Assembly: GCA_963422615.1 (NCBI GenBank)
Contig: OY730414.1
Span: 2,154,302 to 2,218,301 of the forward strand
Source of the DNA: Longimicrobiales bacterium
GTDB lineage: Bacteria; Gemmatimonadota; Gemmatimonadetes; Longimicrobiales; Gaopeijiaceae
Length of the DNA stretch: 64,000 bases
Direction: 5' to 3'
The notes beneath the pieces were generated by a model. The model did no database searches, was not told the origin of the DNA, and worked only from the letters and a program-made list of their open reading frames with translations. Below are positions 1 through 14,715 of this stretch, one piece after another. Numbering within the stretch: the stretch's first letter is position 1; every line of letters begins with the position of its first letter. The translations under genes were made by a program, and so were the position numbers.

Positions 1-1919
1 AGGAGGCCGACATGGACAAAATCGTTGAAGTGCCCCGCCTGCAGTGACGCGTCCTGGCGGTTGTCGGTAAAGGTAAGAAGCTTGTCCCGGGGTGCGCCCT
101 GGGCGCCAGCGTGCCGGAGCACCGAAGTTGCCAAGACCGTGGTTGCACTGCTTCGGCCTTCGTTGGACAGAGAAGCGAGCTTTCGGAAGTCACGGGCACG
201 GGCATCGTAGAACTCCCCGCAGCGGAGGCAGATGTACAGGGTCTTGGCTTGCCACCACGCCTTGATCGACCCGCTTCTCTCCGAGCCGTACACTCCTTTC
301 TTGCTCACCGACACGGGTTTGGGCACCCGGTCCCGCCACTGGGGCTTGATCCGACCCTGGGCGTCCAGCCACTCCGCCGGAAGTTGACTCGGGTTCCAGT
401 CTTGCGCGCTGGCCAACATCAGATAGCCCGGCTGTTGGCCGTCCTGGACCAGCATTCCGCTTACCGGATGGGGCTTGAACCGATCCTCGCCTCGCAACAA
501 GTGGTAGTAGTCCTGGCCGCAGTGTCGACAAAACCGAATAGGCGCGAACAAACGCCCGCCGCTTGCAAATACCTGGCCGTCCAGGGAAAAAGCCCGGCGG
601 TCCGGGGGTTCCAGAGTCGAAAAGAGCACACCGCCCTGTCCAACGAATTGGTGCAGCTTGAAGGCAAAGGGGGCGGTCCCGGAATTCCCGTTGCCGACGC
701 CGTCCGGATTCAGCAGCCCACGCAGATACTCATCGCAGGCCTCCTGGGCGACGCCCGTTGCGCGCGCCAGTTCCTGGGCAGCCTCCCCCAGGGTTCGGGG
801 TGTCCGGCGCTTCCAGCCTCCGTTCTCCCGCTCAATGCCGAAGTGCCTTTCCATCCAGCGGGCAACCGGATGGCGGGCAGGACGATCGGAGCGAGGAGGG
901 AATCGAACCGGGCTGGGGGAGTCGTCCATCCTTTGCGCCAACGGTGCCGCCAACGCCGCCGTGAGCTCCTGCCGTGAAGGCGCTGCGCCTTCGGTCGTCG
1001 GCTGCAGGGTCTCTTCAATTACTTGCTCGGCGTCAAGGGTTCGGCCGAACAAGCGAGACGAAAACTCCGCGACCGCCCGCCTTCGTTGCGCCGGCAAAGC
1101 CGTACCGCTGGAAATCATTGTGGCGCTTGTACCGACCTGGATCAAATCTTCTCCGGCACAGCGTTCCTTGAGACGGCGGATCAGCATCGCCACATCCGCA
1201 CCCTGCCGCCCGCGATAGGTGTGCATCTCATCGAAAACAAGGAATCGAAGTCTTCCCCGGGCGCTGTCCAGCGCCGCCTGATCGTCGGGCCGGACCAGCA
1301 TCAGCTCGGCCATGACGTAGTTGGTGAGCAGGATATGCGGGGGTGACTTGCGAAGGCCGTCCCGCTCTTCCCCCCGGGTTGCCCCCGTGTACCTTGCAAA
1401 CGATACCGGAAAGGGTTCGCCCGTGCCCTCCTCGTAGCCCTTCTTGTAGTTCTCCAGGGCCTGGTACTGGGAGTTGACCAGGGCGTTCATGGGATAGACC
1501 ACCAGGGCGGTCATCGAGGCGTCCTTGTCCGGCCGGCGGACAACGGAATCGATGATGGGGAGAAAGTAGGTCAGGCTCTTTCCCGACCCCGTGCCGCTGG
1601 TGACAACAAAACTACGTCCTTGCGCGGCCAGGCGGACCGCCTCTTCTTGATGCGCATACAAGTGAACCGCCTCCCCGCTCTCGGTGCGGAAGATCCTGGC
1701 CGTCTTGTCCTGGATCACCCCTTGACGGGCCAGGTCGTCGACGGTGTTCCCGCGAACGTACGAGGGGCTGATCTGCAAAAGCGGATCCGGCCAAAGGTGC
1801 CCCGCTTCCAACGCCTGGTCCACGTACTCTCGAGCTCGGTCGTCCGCGATTTCGATGAAGGATGTGATGAAGTCGCGATAGTCCCCGACGACCGATTTGT
1901 ACAGTTCGAAGACGCTCAC
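1..1919 (-). CDS. Large DEAD/DEAH-box (SF2) helicase, DrmA/YprA-like; only the N-terminal part is in the window
   Basis: Not in the ORF track because there is no stop before the window edge. Manual translation from GTG at 1919, directly after the MTase TAA: VSVFELYKSVV..., Q motif LYAHQEEA, Walker A TSGTGSGKS, YPMNALVNSQ, Walker B FDEMHTYRGRQGADVA, motif III TSAT. KLLTFTDNRQDASLQAGHF near the left edge is in the same frame. Confidence 0.9.
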   Translation of the reverse strand, partial: MSVFELYKSVVGDYRDFITSFIEIADDRAREYVDQALEAGHLWPDPLLQISPSYVRGNTVDDLARQGVIQDKTARIFRTESGEAVHLYAHQEEAVRLAAQGRSFVVTSGTGSGKSLTYFLPIIDSVVRRPDKDASMTALVVYPMNALVNSQYQALENYKKGYEEGTGEPFPVSFARYTGATRGEERDGLRKSPPHILLTNYVMAELMLVRPDDQAALDSARGRLRFLVFDEMHTYRGRQGADVAMLIRRLKERCAGEDLIQVGTSATMISSGTALPAQRRRAVAEFSSRLFGRTLDAEQVIEETLQPTTEGAAPSRQELTAALAAPLAQRMDDSPSPVRFPPRSDRPARHPVARWMERHFGIERENGGWKRRTPRTLGEAAQELARATGVAQEACDEYLRGLLNPDGVGNGNSGTAPFAFKLHQFVGQGGVLFSTLEPPDRRAFSLDGQVFASGGRLFAPIRFCRHCGQDYYHLLRGEDRFKPHPVSGMLVQDGQQPGYLMLASAQDWNPSQLPAEWLDAQGRIKPQWRDRVPKPVSVSKKGVYGSERSGSIKAWWQAKTLYICLRCGEFYDARARDFRKLASLSNEGRSSATTVLATSVLRHAGAQGAPRDKLLTFTDNRQDASLQAGHFNDFVHVGL

Positions 1920-6376
<4,457 letters not shown>

Positions 6377-6378
6377 GG

Positions 6379-9231
6379 TCAGACTACGGGTTGCAGAATC
6401 AGGATTCCGATCAGGTCCGGTGGGGGCTGGGGCTCGAAGAACATCCCCCGCACCTTCATCCCCACCGACTTGCGGACCCGCTTGTGGCTGGCCAGAAGGG
6501 TTCTGGCTCGATCCTTCATCGCCGCCTCAAGGCCGCTTTGAAGGGCATCCCACGAATCCAGGGCCAGCCGGACCAGCTCCTTTTTCTCCGCCAAGGGTAC
6601 GTTGGCATCGGGACGGGCGGAGACCAGAAGCTCACGCGCTTCGGCCTCCTGCAGCCACCGGGGCGAACGCCCGTCGGGAAGTCCCTTCACCCCTTGGATC
6701 CGCACTTCCTCGGACAGCAGCGGCGTCCGGTCGGGCTGCTTGAGCAGGTACCGGGCCCGCAAGAGGAACAAGGTTCGCATTCGGCGCACGGCTCGGGTCC
6801 GGACGACGCCGCAACGGGTGGCGGTTGCATCCCCTTTCTTTTCGATGGCTTCTTCCAGGATGTACCGGGCGAGGGACCCCACGAAGGGATGGTTGCGGCC
6901 AACGTATTCGGCCCCTTCGGGGGTTGGCGAAGCAAAGCTCATCGGCCACTCCGACCGCCCGGAAGGCACGCAGATCCGGATCGGATCCGGCATGTTGGCC
7001 CGAGACGGGGGACCGACCGGCATGCAATATATGTCCGGTCGCTTCTTGTCCCTCCGAATGCCCAGGCCCAGGCGCTGCCCGGCGGCAAGGACAAACCGCC
7101 TCACGGCCTTGGGATCGCCCAGCACATCGTCGGTCGCTTCCAACTCCAGGCGAACCCGCTCCGGCTTGATGGCCCGCTGGGCGAACCGGGTGCGGTTGGT
7201 TTTCTCCCGCTCGACATCCCGGTCCCACCGGCGATGCAGATCCTTCACCTTCTTCTCGGATTCCACAAGATCAAGGGCCAGCTGGCCCGCGGCCGAACCG
7301 CCCTTGAGAAACAGCTCGGCCAGCAGGGCTTCCGTCACCGTCCGGTTCTCTTGAGGTACGGGCACATACGTGCCCAGGACCTTGTGAATCTTGCGAGCCT
7401 TGTCCAGGAGCACTCTCAGCAAAGCACCGTCGATGGGACTGGTTCGGCAGTAGTACCGAATCGCCCTCACACCCGGTTTCCTCTGGCCATACCGGTCCAC
7501 CCGTCCTTCCCGCTGCTCCAGGCGGTTCGGATTCCACGGAAGGTCGTAGTGCAAAACGGCGCTGAATCCGTTTTGCAGGTTCACCCCCTCGCTCAGACAA
7601 TCCGTCGCCACAAGAACCCGGCAGGGATGGTCTTCCAGTTCCCGCACCATGGTGCGCCGTTCCTCGTGCCCGATCCGGCCGGTAATCGACAGAAGCCGCA
7701 CATCCTTGTGACGGGGTCGCAGAATCCGGGTAAGCCCGCAAGCCACATACTCTGCCGTGGCGACGAAGCGGCACCACACAATGGGGTGATATCCGTTGCG
7801 AATCAGCTGGGAAATAATTTCGCCGCACCGAATCAGCTTGTGATCTTCGGGAGAATCGCGGAGCTTTCTTGCGGCTCGCACAAGGTTGCCCAGCCTTTGT
7901 CCGCCGGGATCCATGTGGGCGATCGCGGCCCCGACGGATCCGACGGGTTCCTCATCGTCCGGATAGGGGGCAGACGCCGCCACCTCGTCCAAGAGGGGCT
8001 CCCCCATGTGCCCGTTCACCGTGGCGGCACCCTTGCGGGCCATGAGGGTCGCTTCGGCGGCCGCAGGACTGGACATCACGCAGCGGAGGAGCTGCAAGGC
8101 ACCCCAGTATTGGACCCTTCGCCGGCGCTCGTCCAAATCCGCTCCGGTGGCCACGATTTCCCTGCAGAACCGGTAGGCGCGATCGAACAGACGGGCGTAG
8201 GCCCCGGAAAGCGCATAAGTCTCGTCCGATGGAATTCGCCGGGGGAAGACCGATTCCCCCTCCCAATCCTTCTCGATGTCGCGGCGGGTCCGCTGCACAT
8301 AATGGCGGGCGAGCTGCTTACGCCGCCCTTCGTTGAGGGACGACGTATCCCACTCGGCAAATGCCGGCTGGAGAAGGGCGATCAGGGACCGGAACGCTTG
8401 CTCGATGCCGCTGTGGGGCGTCGCCGTCAGGAGGATGAGGTGTTGTGCGTCCCTGGCGGATATTTGCCGAACCAATTCGTGTCTCTGTTGTTGACCCCCT
8501 TCGTGTCTCTTCGCCGCCCCGTGGGCCTCGTCCACGATGACCAGATCCGGCAAGTCTTGCAGAAACGCGTGCCGGTTTCTGTCCGTCTTCACGAAGTCGA
8601 TGCTGGTGACGTGAATCGGATAGTGGCGCCACACGCTCTCGGTGGCCGGCTTATGCCGCTCCAGGCGACCCAAGGTCCCCGAGCGGATGACGACCGCCCC
8701 GAGACCGAACTTCTCCTCCATCTCCCGCCGCCACTGGTCGCAGAGATTCGGGGGACAAACGACGCTCATGCTTCCTATCTCGCCTCTGTCGAAGAGCTCT
8801 CTGGCGACCAGCAGCGCTTCGATCGTCTTTCCGACCCCGACGTCGTCGGCGATCAGGAGACGCACGGCATCCAGGCGCAGAGCCATGAGCAGAGGCACGA
8901 ACTGGTAGAGCCGAGGGCGAACCGAGATTCTGCCCAGGGAGCGAAACGGCGCTGCGCCCTCTCGCAGCGTGAGGCGGGACGCCTGCCAAAGGAGGTCGGC
9001 GCGGGCGACATCGGCAATGTCCTCCACCCGGGGAAGGGGAAACGTCGCCGGACGAACGGTTTCTTCCGGCAGGGTTTCTTTGACGAAGCTCCCCAGCTCC
9101 TTGTGAACGGCAACCACGTCGTCCGCAACGCCGGTGAGGGGTCGAAGCCGGTGAAGCTGCGGGTCGGCACTGGGCAACAACACCCAGTCCCGGTTCCTGC
9201 ACCGAACGATCGACCCTGGATTCGGATTCAC
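6379..9231 (-). CDS. SNF2-family helicase (DrmD-like)
   Basis: Motifs RLLIADDVGVGKTIEA, IVDEAH, LLTATPHSG, ATDCLSEGVNLQ and PWNPNRLEQREGRVDR. Start placed at GTG 9231 (VNPNPGSIVRCRNRDW); the ORF track extends to 9291. Confidence 0.92.
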   Translation of the reverse strand: MNPNPGSIVRCRNRDWVLLPSADPQLHRLRPLTGVADDVVAVHKELGSFVKETLPEETVRPATFPLPRVEDIADVARADLLWQASRLTLREGAAPFRSLGRISVRPRLYQFVPLLMALRLDAVRLLIADDVGVGKTIEALLVARELFDRGEIGSMSVVCPPNLCDQWRREMEEKFGLGAVVIRSGTLGRLERHKPATESVWRHYPIHVTSIDFVKTDRNRHAFLQDLPDLVIVDEAHGAAKRHEGGQQQRHELVRQISARDAQHLILLTATPHSGIEQAFRSLIALLQPAFAEWDTSSLNEGRRKQLARHYVQRTRRDIEKDWEGESVFPRRIPSDETYALSGAYARLFDRAYRFCREIVATGADLDERRRRVQYWGALQLLRCVMSSPAAAEATLMARKGAATVNGHMGEPLLDEVAASAPYPDDEEPVGSVGAAIAHMDPGGQRLGNLVRAARKLRDSPEDHKLIRCGEIISQLIRNGYHPIVWCRFVATAEYVACGLTRILRPRHKDVRLLSITGRIGHEERRTMVRELEDHPCRVLVATDCLSEGVNLQNGFSAVLHYDLPWNPNRLEQREGRVDRYGQRKPGVRAIRYYCRTSPIDGALLRVLLDKARKIHKVLGTYVPVPQENRTVTEALLAELFLKGGSAAGQLALDLVESEKKVKDLHRRWDRDVEREKTNRTRFAQRAIKPERVRLELEATDDVLGDPKAVRRFVLAAGQRLGLGIRRDKKRPDIYCMPVGPPSRANMPDPIRICVPSGRSEWPMSFASPTPEGAEYVGRNHPFVGSLARYILEEAIEKKGDATATRCGVVRTRAVRRMRTLFLLRARYLLKQPDRTPLLSEEVRIQGVKGLPDGRSPRWLQEAEARELLVSARPDANVPLAEKKELVRLALDSWDALQSGLEAAMKDRARTLLASHKRVRKSVGMKVRGMFFEPQPPPDLIGILILQPVV

Positions 9232-9311
9232 CTTGGCTTTCCGAACCTCGGTCGCCGTGTCACCCGAACCTTCGGCACGGACCCTCGGCATGTGGGGGCC
9301 GGGAGGGGCGA

Positions 9312-9428
9312 AGGCGCCCGGATGGCAATGTCACCGTCGAGCGGGATTTCGAGGAGACCATCCTTGAGAAGCCGTGTCCGCCAGGCCCTCACGTCCTGTC
9401 CCAGGTCGATTCGCTCCCTCTCGTGCAC
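9312..9428 (-). pseudogene. Internal fragment of a PIN-domain (VapC-type) toxin
   Basis: ERERIDLGQDVRAWRTRLLKDGLLEIPLDGDIAIRA resembles the middle of VapC PIN toxins. The N-terminal LLDT motif and the C-terminal H-x-DPxDR motif are missing. Confidence 0.6.
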
Positions 9429-9434
9429 CCTATA

Positions 9435-9450
9435 GTCATGACCATGGTCA
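9435..9450. promoter_or_regulatory. Overlapping palindromes GTCATGAC and TGACCATGGTCA; candidate operator
   Basis: Perfect 12-bp palindrome at 9439-9450, directly upstream of the PIN remnant and the defence operon. Confidence 0.4.
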
Positions 9451-9553
9451 CAATCCTGGCAGTATCTGTGCGACTCTGCAAAGACAGGACGTTGGCACTA
9501 CACGCCGAAATGGCGGTTCCGCGCTGATGGGCTGGGGGGCGAGATGGAGATCC

Positions 9554-10738
9554 TCAGGGATCGCCGACCCCTCCTCCCCCCACTTCCCCCACCCCTTCCG
9601 GTCCCGCGGTCCCCCGAATGTAGAGTTCTCGCTTCGGGTAGGGAATTTCCACGCCCTCGGCGGCAAAGGCGGCCAGGGCCTTCTCCGTGATCTCGTCGGA
9701 GATCTTTCGCCTGGACCGGGCCTCATGGATCCACACCCGCAGCTGCAGGTTCACTTCCGAGGGTCCGAACCCCCGGACGATCACGAAGGGAGTCGGCGTC
9801 AGCTGCACGCCCTTCACCTGGCTCGCCGCCTGGACCAGGAGCTCCTTGGCCCGCTCCAGGTCCGACTCGTAGGCCACGGAAAACGGGATTCGGAGGCGGA
9901 TGTCCTCCCCCGACATGGTGTAGTTGATGATGTCGCGCTGCATGATCTCGTTGTTGGGAACCACCACCACCAGATTGTCCGGGTTGCGGACCTTGGTCGC
10001 ACGAAGCCCGATCTCGATCACATCGCCCCACGTTCCCGTCTCGTTCGGCGCGGTCCAGAGCTCAATCCGGTCCCCGACCTGGAAGGGGCGATCCAGAATG
10101 AGGAGGACCCCGGCGATCAGGTTGGACAGGGTGTCCTTTGCGGCCAGGGACAGGGCCAGGCCCATCACCCCGGCACCCCCCAGGATGGGGGTGATGTCCA
10201 CGCCCAAATGGCTCAGGGCCAGGATCACCCCCAGGGATATCACGAGGAATCGGACGATCCAGTTGATCAGGGGAAGCGCGGTCTTGTCGAGGGTCCCCCC
10301 GGAGCGGTCGAGCACCTGGGACTCCACGGCCCTCAAAAGGACAGCCACGAACTTGCTGACAGGAAAGAAGACGAGGCCCAGCCACAACGCCACCACCCAT
10401 TCGGCCGGCCTCGGGATCTGCCCCCCTTCGCCGGGAAGGAACCAGATGATACAGAGGCGCCAAAGGGCCCAAGCCACCACCGAAAGCAGGAGCGTCGTGC
10501 GGAGCGCCCGAACGGCATAGTCGTCCAGCTTGGTCTCCGTCCGGGCCGCCCACCGCTTTTCGGCCCGCCGCAGAACGCTCCGAATGACGAAGTACGTCAC
10601 GCCCGCCAGAACCAGGGCGCCAAAGCTGGGCGCCCATCTGGGTCCGGCGAACGCGACCATGGCATTCCACCATTCCCGAATGTCGATCCAGCCTAGATCG
10701 AAACCCAGGGCCTGCAATGGCACCTCCTCGAAGGACAA
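9554..10738 (-). CDS. mscS: Small-conductance mechanosensitive channel (MscS family)
   Basis: Transmembrane helices, GLALSLAAKDTLSNLIAG, PFQVGDRI, GDVIEIGLRAT, VPNNEI and GVEIPYP. Start uncertain. Confidence 0.9.
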   Translation of the reverse strand: MSFEEVPLQALGFDLGWIDIREWWNAMVAFAGPRWAPSFGALVLAGVTYFVIRSVLRRAEKRWAARTETKLDDYAVRALRTTLLLSVVAWALWRLCIIWFLPGEGGQIPRPAEWVVALWLGLVFFPVSKFVAVLLRAVESQVLDRSGGTLDKTALPLINWIVRFLVISLGVILALSHLGVDITPILGGAGVMGLALSLAAKDTLSNLIAGVLLILDRPFQVGDRIELWTAPNETGTWGDVIEIGLRATKVRNPDNLVVVVPNNEIMQRDIINYTMSGEDIRLRIPFSVAYESDLERAKELLVQAASQVKGVQLTPTPFVIVRGFGPSEVNLQLRVWIHEARSRRKISDEITEKALAAFAAEGVEIPYPKRELYIRGTAGPEGVGEVGGGGVGDP

Positions 10739-10763
10739 TTCGGGGCGGCACCGCCGCCAAGAG

Positions 10764-10800
10764 ACGTGATTTTCACGTTAGACAATGAATACAATGAATA
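10764..10800. promoter_or_regulatory. AT-rich regulatory patch upstream of mscS with a palindrome and a 9-bp tandem repeat
   Basis: ACGTGA-TTT-TCACGT at 10764-10778, followed by ACAATGAAT twice. Confidence 0.35.
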
Positions 10801-10881
10801 CTGGCTTTGAACGAAGCCCGAAACGAGCTGGCCCGCACCCGGCCGGCAGCGGGCGCATGTGATGATGGCGGAGCCCGCGCC

Positions 10882-12318
10882 CTAGGGCCGTTCCTTCAAG
10901 GCCCGAGTGCCCCCGTTCAGGGCATAGGTTTCGTATCCGGCGGTCTGGAACATCTGCGCCAGCAAGGTGGACTGAACCCCGTTGTCGCAGAAAAGCACAT
11001 ACTGGCGGTCCTTGTCCAGGGTTGACGCCAGCTCTGGAACTTCGTCGGGCGTCACCCGCAGGGAACCGGGATATCGCCATCCGTCATCTTGATGGGAAAG
11101 GCGACAATCGATCACCCCGGCGCTCTCGGGCAGATCGTCGATTCGAACGTAGTCCCGGTTCAGGTCGGCGGTGGTAACGGCGCGGAGGTCCAGTACCGAT
11201 CGCTCCCCGACAGCGCTGCCGATGAGATCCGGGGCCAGGGACGCCGCTTCGTTGTCGACGGCGCGCTTCTTGGCCGCCGTGACGGGCCTCCCGTCCAGGA
11301 TTGCGCAGTATTCCTTGATGCGCGCCGAAAGCGCCGCCGTACCGATCCGCTCCGCGATACGGATGATTTCCTCCTTGTCGAAGCCGATCAACGGGCGCAG
11401 GATCGGAAGTGACGCCGCCGCCTCGATCGCAAGGAGGTTCGATAAGGTCTGGGACGACACCTGCCCAAGGGATTCCCCTGTGACCACCGCTTTCGCGCCG
11501 GTCTCCCCCGCCACTTCTTCGGCCGCGCGATACATCAAGCGTTTCAGGACGACCTGCCAGTACCGGGGCGTGACCCGCCGTCGAAGCATGCGAACGGCTT
11601 CCTGAAAGTCGACGACATGAATTCGGGGACGATCTCCGTAACTCCAACGGTCCGCCAGCACCTTGGCTACCCGAACCACGGAGCCTTCGAACGCCGGACC
11701 GGCCAGGTTGCAGAACACATAGTCCAGTGCAACCCCCCTCTTGAGGATCAACCAAGCGGCCACCGCGGAGTCGAAGCCGCCCGAGATCAGGCAGACGGCC
11801 CTTCCCTGCACGCCCAGGGGCAAGCCCCCGGGTCCCTGGATCCGGCCCTCGAAGAGGCAGGCCTCGTCGTCCCGAACCTCAACCGAGACGGTGACCTCCG
11901 GTTCTGTCAGATCGACGGTTCCGTACGGATTCAAGGCCGCGCCCAACTGCTCCCGGATGTCCTGGGACGAGAAGGGGTGGCGTCCGTTTCGCCGAGCCGC
12001 CACGGCGTACCTTCGCCCAGCCACCGCCTTCCGGTAGCGTTCGTGTCCCACTCGAACGATGGCCTCCAGGTCGGCCGGCACGACGGCGTCCACCTTCGAG
12101 AAGGAACCGATCCCGAAGACCCGAGCCACACCCGCGACGGCCTCCGTTTCTAGGGTTTCGACGTAGATGCGGCTCCACCGGTTGAGAACCTTGGCCTGGG
12201 CTCCTTCGGAGCTCAGCGCATCGGACAGATTGTGGACCAAGCGGCTATGGAATCGGCGCCGGGTGCGGTTCGACTTCCGGGTCACTTCCGAAGCCAGCCG
12301 GACGAGAAACCGGTCCAC
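10882..12318 (-). CDS. thiI: tRNA 4-thiouridine synthase ThiI with a C-terminal rhodanese domain
   Basis: THUMP domain, GPGGLPLG, PP-loop ISGGFDS, GESLGQVSSQT, EYC and rhodanese loop LFCDNGVQS. Confidence 0.93.
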   Translation of the reverse strand: MDRFLVRLASEVTRKSNRTRRRFHSRLVHNLSDALSSEGAQAKVLNRWSRIYVETLETEAVAGVARVFGIGSFSKVDAVVPADLEAIVRVGHERYRKAVAGRRYAVAARRNGRHPFSSQDIREQLGAALNPYGTVDLTEPEVTVSVEVRDDEACLFEGRIQGPGGLPLGVQGRAVCLISGGFDSAVAAWLILKRGVALDYVFCNLAGPAFEGSVVRVAKVLADRWSYGDRPRIHVVDFQEAVRMLRRRVTPRYWQVVLKRLMYRAAEEVAGETGAKAVVTGESLGQVSSQTLSNLLAIEAAASLPILRPLIGFDKEEIIRIAERIGTAALSARIKEYCAILDGRPVTAAKKRAVDNEAASLAPDLIGSAVGERSVLDLRAVTTADLNRDYVRIDDLPESAGVIDCRLSHQDDGWRYPGSLRVTPDEVPELASTLDKDRQYVLFCDNGVQSTLLAQMFQTAGYETYALNGGTRALKERP

Positions 12319-12328
12319 AGCCCGCAGC

Positions 12329-13390
12329 CTAGTTCCAGGAAAGGCCGCGCAACTTCTCCACGTCCAGATTCCCGCCGCTCAGCACGCACACGGTCCTGGT
12401 GCCGGGCGGCGCGTCCACCCGACCCTGGAGGAGAACGGCAACAGACGCCGCCGCCGCACCCTCAGCCACCACCTTGGCCCGGGTCATCAGCCACAAGACA
12501 GCGTCGAAGATCCGGGGGTCGGGCAAGGTCACGATCTCGTCCACGAAGCGGGAGACCACCGACCGGGTGTTTGCCCCGACCCGCTTCACCCGGAGCCCGT
12601 CGATCGCGCAGTCGACTTCGTCCAGGACGACCCGGTGTCCCGCCTCCACGCTCCGCTTCATCGCCGGTGCCCCGGACGACTCCACCCCCACCACCCGGAC
12701 CCCGGGATCGATGGACTTTACCGCCATGGAAATCCCGGAGATAAGTCCCCCGCCCCCGATCGGTACGATCACCAGCTCCGTCTCCGGAAAGTCCTCCATG
12801 ACCTCCAGCCCCACGGTTCCCTGGCCGGCGATGAGATCCGGGTCGTCGAAGGGGTGGATGTAGGTGTAGCCCTCGGATTCCACGAGCTCCAGCGCCCTCT
12901 CGTTGGCCTCATCCCAGATCGTGCCGTGAAGGATGACCCTGGCGCCGTAGCCCTCCGTGGCGGCCACCTTGGAGGGCGTCGCGTTTTCCGCCATCACGAC
13001 GACGGCGCGGACCCCATACCGACGGGCGGCCAGGGCCACGCCCTGGGAGTGGTTTCCCGCGGACGAACAGATGACCCCCCGGGCCCGCTCCTCTTGGGAG
13101 AGGCACGCGATCTTGTTCAACGGCCCCCGAATCTTGTAGGAACCGCCGCGCTGGAAGAGCTCGGCCTTGAGGCGCACATCGAAGCCGCACGCTTCGTTCA
13201 AGGACCGGCACGTCAGCAAGGGCGTGCGGTAGACGTGAGGGCGGACGTGCTCGTACGCCGCCTGGAAGTCTGCCCGGGTAAGGGACAGCTCAGGTCCGCC
13301 ACCGACCTCCGGGACCTGTCTGCCGGACGTCCTCGACCGGGAGACGGAAGCCGGGCTCCCCCCAGCTCCGGAAGCGGCTGACTCCCTCAC
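12329..13390 (-). CDS. PLP-dependent threonine/serine dehydratase
   Basis: KAELFQRGGSYKIRG, SAGNHSQG, HPFDD, PIGGGGLISG and LSGGN. GTG start overlaps the upstream TGA (GTGA). Confidence 0.9.
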   Translation of the reverse strand: MRESAASGAGGSPASVSRSRTSGRQVPEVGGGPELSLTRADFQAAYEHVRPHVYRTPLLTCRSLNEACGFDVRLKAELFQRGGSYKIRGPLNKIACLSQEERARGVICSSAGNHSQGVALAARRYGVRAVVVMAENATPSKVAATEGYGARVILHGTIWDEANERALELVESEGYTYIHPFDDPDLIAGQGTVGLEVMEDFPETELVIVPIGGGGLISGISMAVKSIDPGVRVVGVESSGAPAMKRSVEAGHRVVLDEVDCAIDGLRVKRVGANTRSVVSRFVDEIVTLPDPRIFDAVLWLMTRAKVVAEGAAAASVAVLLQGRVDAPPGTRTVCVLSGGNLDVEKLRGLSWN

Positions 13391-14403
13391 GAACGGATCC
13401 CCGGCAGGCGCAGCGGGCCCCCCAGCCAGCCCCGAACCCCGTGGGGACGGTAGGGCGCCTCCAGTTCCGCACACTCCTCGTCCGAAAGAACCAGGTCCAC
13501 CGCCCGGATCGCCGAATCCAGCTGCTCCACCCGGGTGAACCCCACGATCGGTGCGGCGACGGCGGGCCTGGATAGCAACCACGCCAGCGCGACCTGGGCC
13601 GGTTCCAAGCCCCGGCGCGCCGCCACCCGAACCGTGGCATCCACCACCTCCCAGTCCGATTCGTGGTCGTAGAGCTGGTCCGCAAGCGGAGCGTCGAACT
13701 CGTCCCGGAGGGAGGCGTCGCTACGGCCCCGGGTGCGCTTCCCCCCCAAGAGGCCCCGGGCCAGAGGCGACCACGGGATCACGCCGAGCCCCTGGTCCAC
13801 GCAGAGAGGGAGCATCTCACGCTCCTCTTCCCTGTACACCAAGTTGTAGTGGTTCTGCATGGAGACAAACCGGGCCCAGCCGTTGCGTTCCGAGACCGAC
13901 AGGGCCTTCATGAGCTCCCACGCGAACATCGAGCTGGCCCCCAGATAGAGCACCTTGCCGTCTTGCACCAGCCGGTCCAGGGCGGCCAGGGTTTCCTCCA
14001 CCGGGGTGTTCGGGTCGGCCCGGTGAATCTGATAAAGGTCAATCCGTTCCAGCCCCAGTCGCCGCAAACTGGCTTCGCAAGACTGGACGATGTGCTTGCG
14101 CGAGAGACCCCCCCGGTTCGGCCCTTCTCCCATTTTCATTCGCACCTTGGTGGCGACCACGGCCTCGTCACGGTCTGCGAACTCCCGGACGGCCTTGCCG
14201 GTGATCACCTCGCTCACGCCCAGGGAGTACACATCCGCGGTGTCGAAGAAGTTGATGCCCAGCTCCACGGCCCGGCGGAAGAAGGGCATGGCTTCGTCCT
14301 CTTCCAGTACCCAGGGACGCCACTTCTTGCTGCCGAAGCTCATGCAGCCAAGGGCGATCCGGGAGACCATGAGGCCGCTTTCGCCGAGACGGACGTAGTT
14401 CAA
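13387..14403 (-). CDS. Aldo/keto reductase
   Basis: SRIALGCMSFG, GINFFDTADVYS, IDLYQIH, QNHYNL and PWSPLARG. Confidence 0.93.
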   Translation of the reverse strand: MNYVRLGESGLMVSRIALGCMSFGSKKWRPWVLEEDEAMPFFRRAVELGINFFDTADVYSLGVSEVITGKAVREFADRDEAVVATKVRMKMGEGPNRGGLSRKHIVQSCEASLRRLGLERIDLYQIHRADPNTPVEETLAALDRLVQDGKVLYLGASSMFAWELMKALSVSERNGWARFVSMQNHYNLVYREEEREMLPLCVDQGLGVIPWSPLARGLLGGKRTRGRSDASLRDEFDAPLADQLYDHESDWEVVDATVRVAARRGLEPAQVALAWLLSRPAVAAPIVGFTRVEQLDSAIRAVDLVLSDEECAELEAPYRPHGVRGWLGGPLRLPGIRS

Positions 14404-14715
14404 GGGAAGGGCCCCCAAAAAGGGTCGTGTGGGGTAACGTCAACTGCCGGCCCCAGGATGCTCGCACCGGGAGACAGGAATCGCAAGAAGACCTGGTCCG
14501 CCTGCGTCGCCCAGCGGTTGACGACGACATGAGGACCGGAACCCGCCGCACCGACCTTGGCCCGGACACCCCCGCATGGTACACTCCTCCAAAGCTTGGC
14601 GGTTTCGGCCCCCGATCCGGCCGATAGGGCCCTCTGAAGCCCGATCCGCCGAGTTCCCCGCCGCGCCGGGTAACCGGCCCATTCAATACCGATTCCGACG
14701 GCAAGTGAGGTCCCC

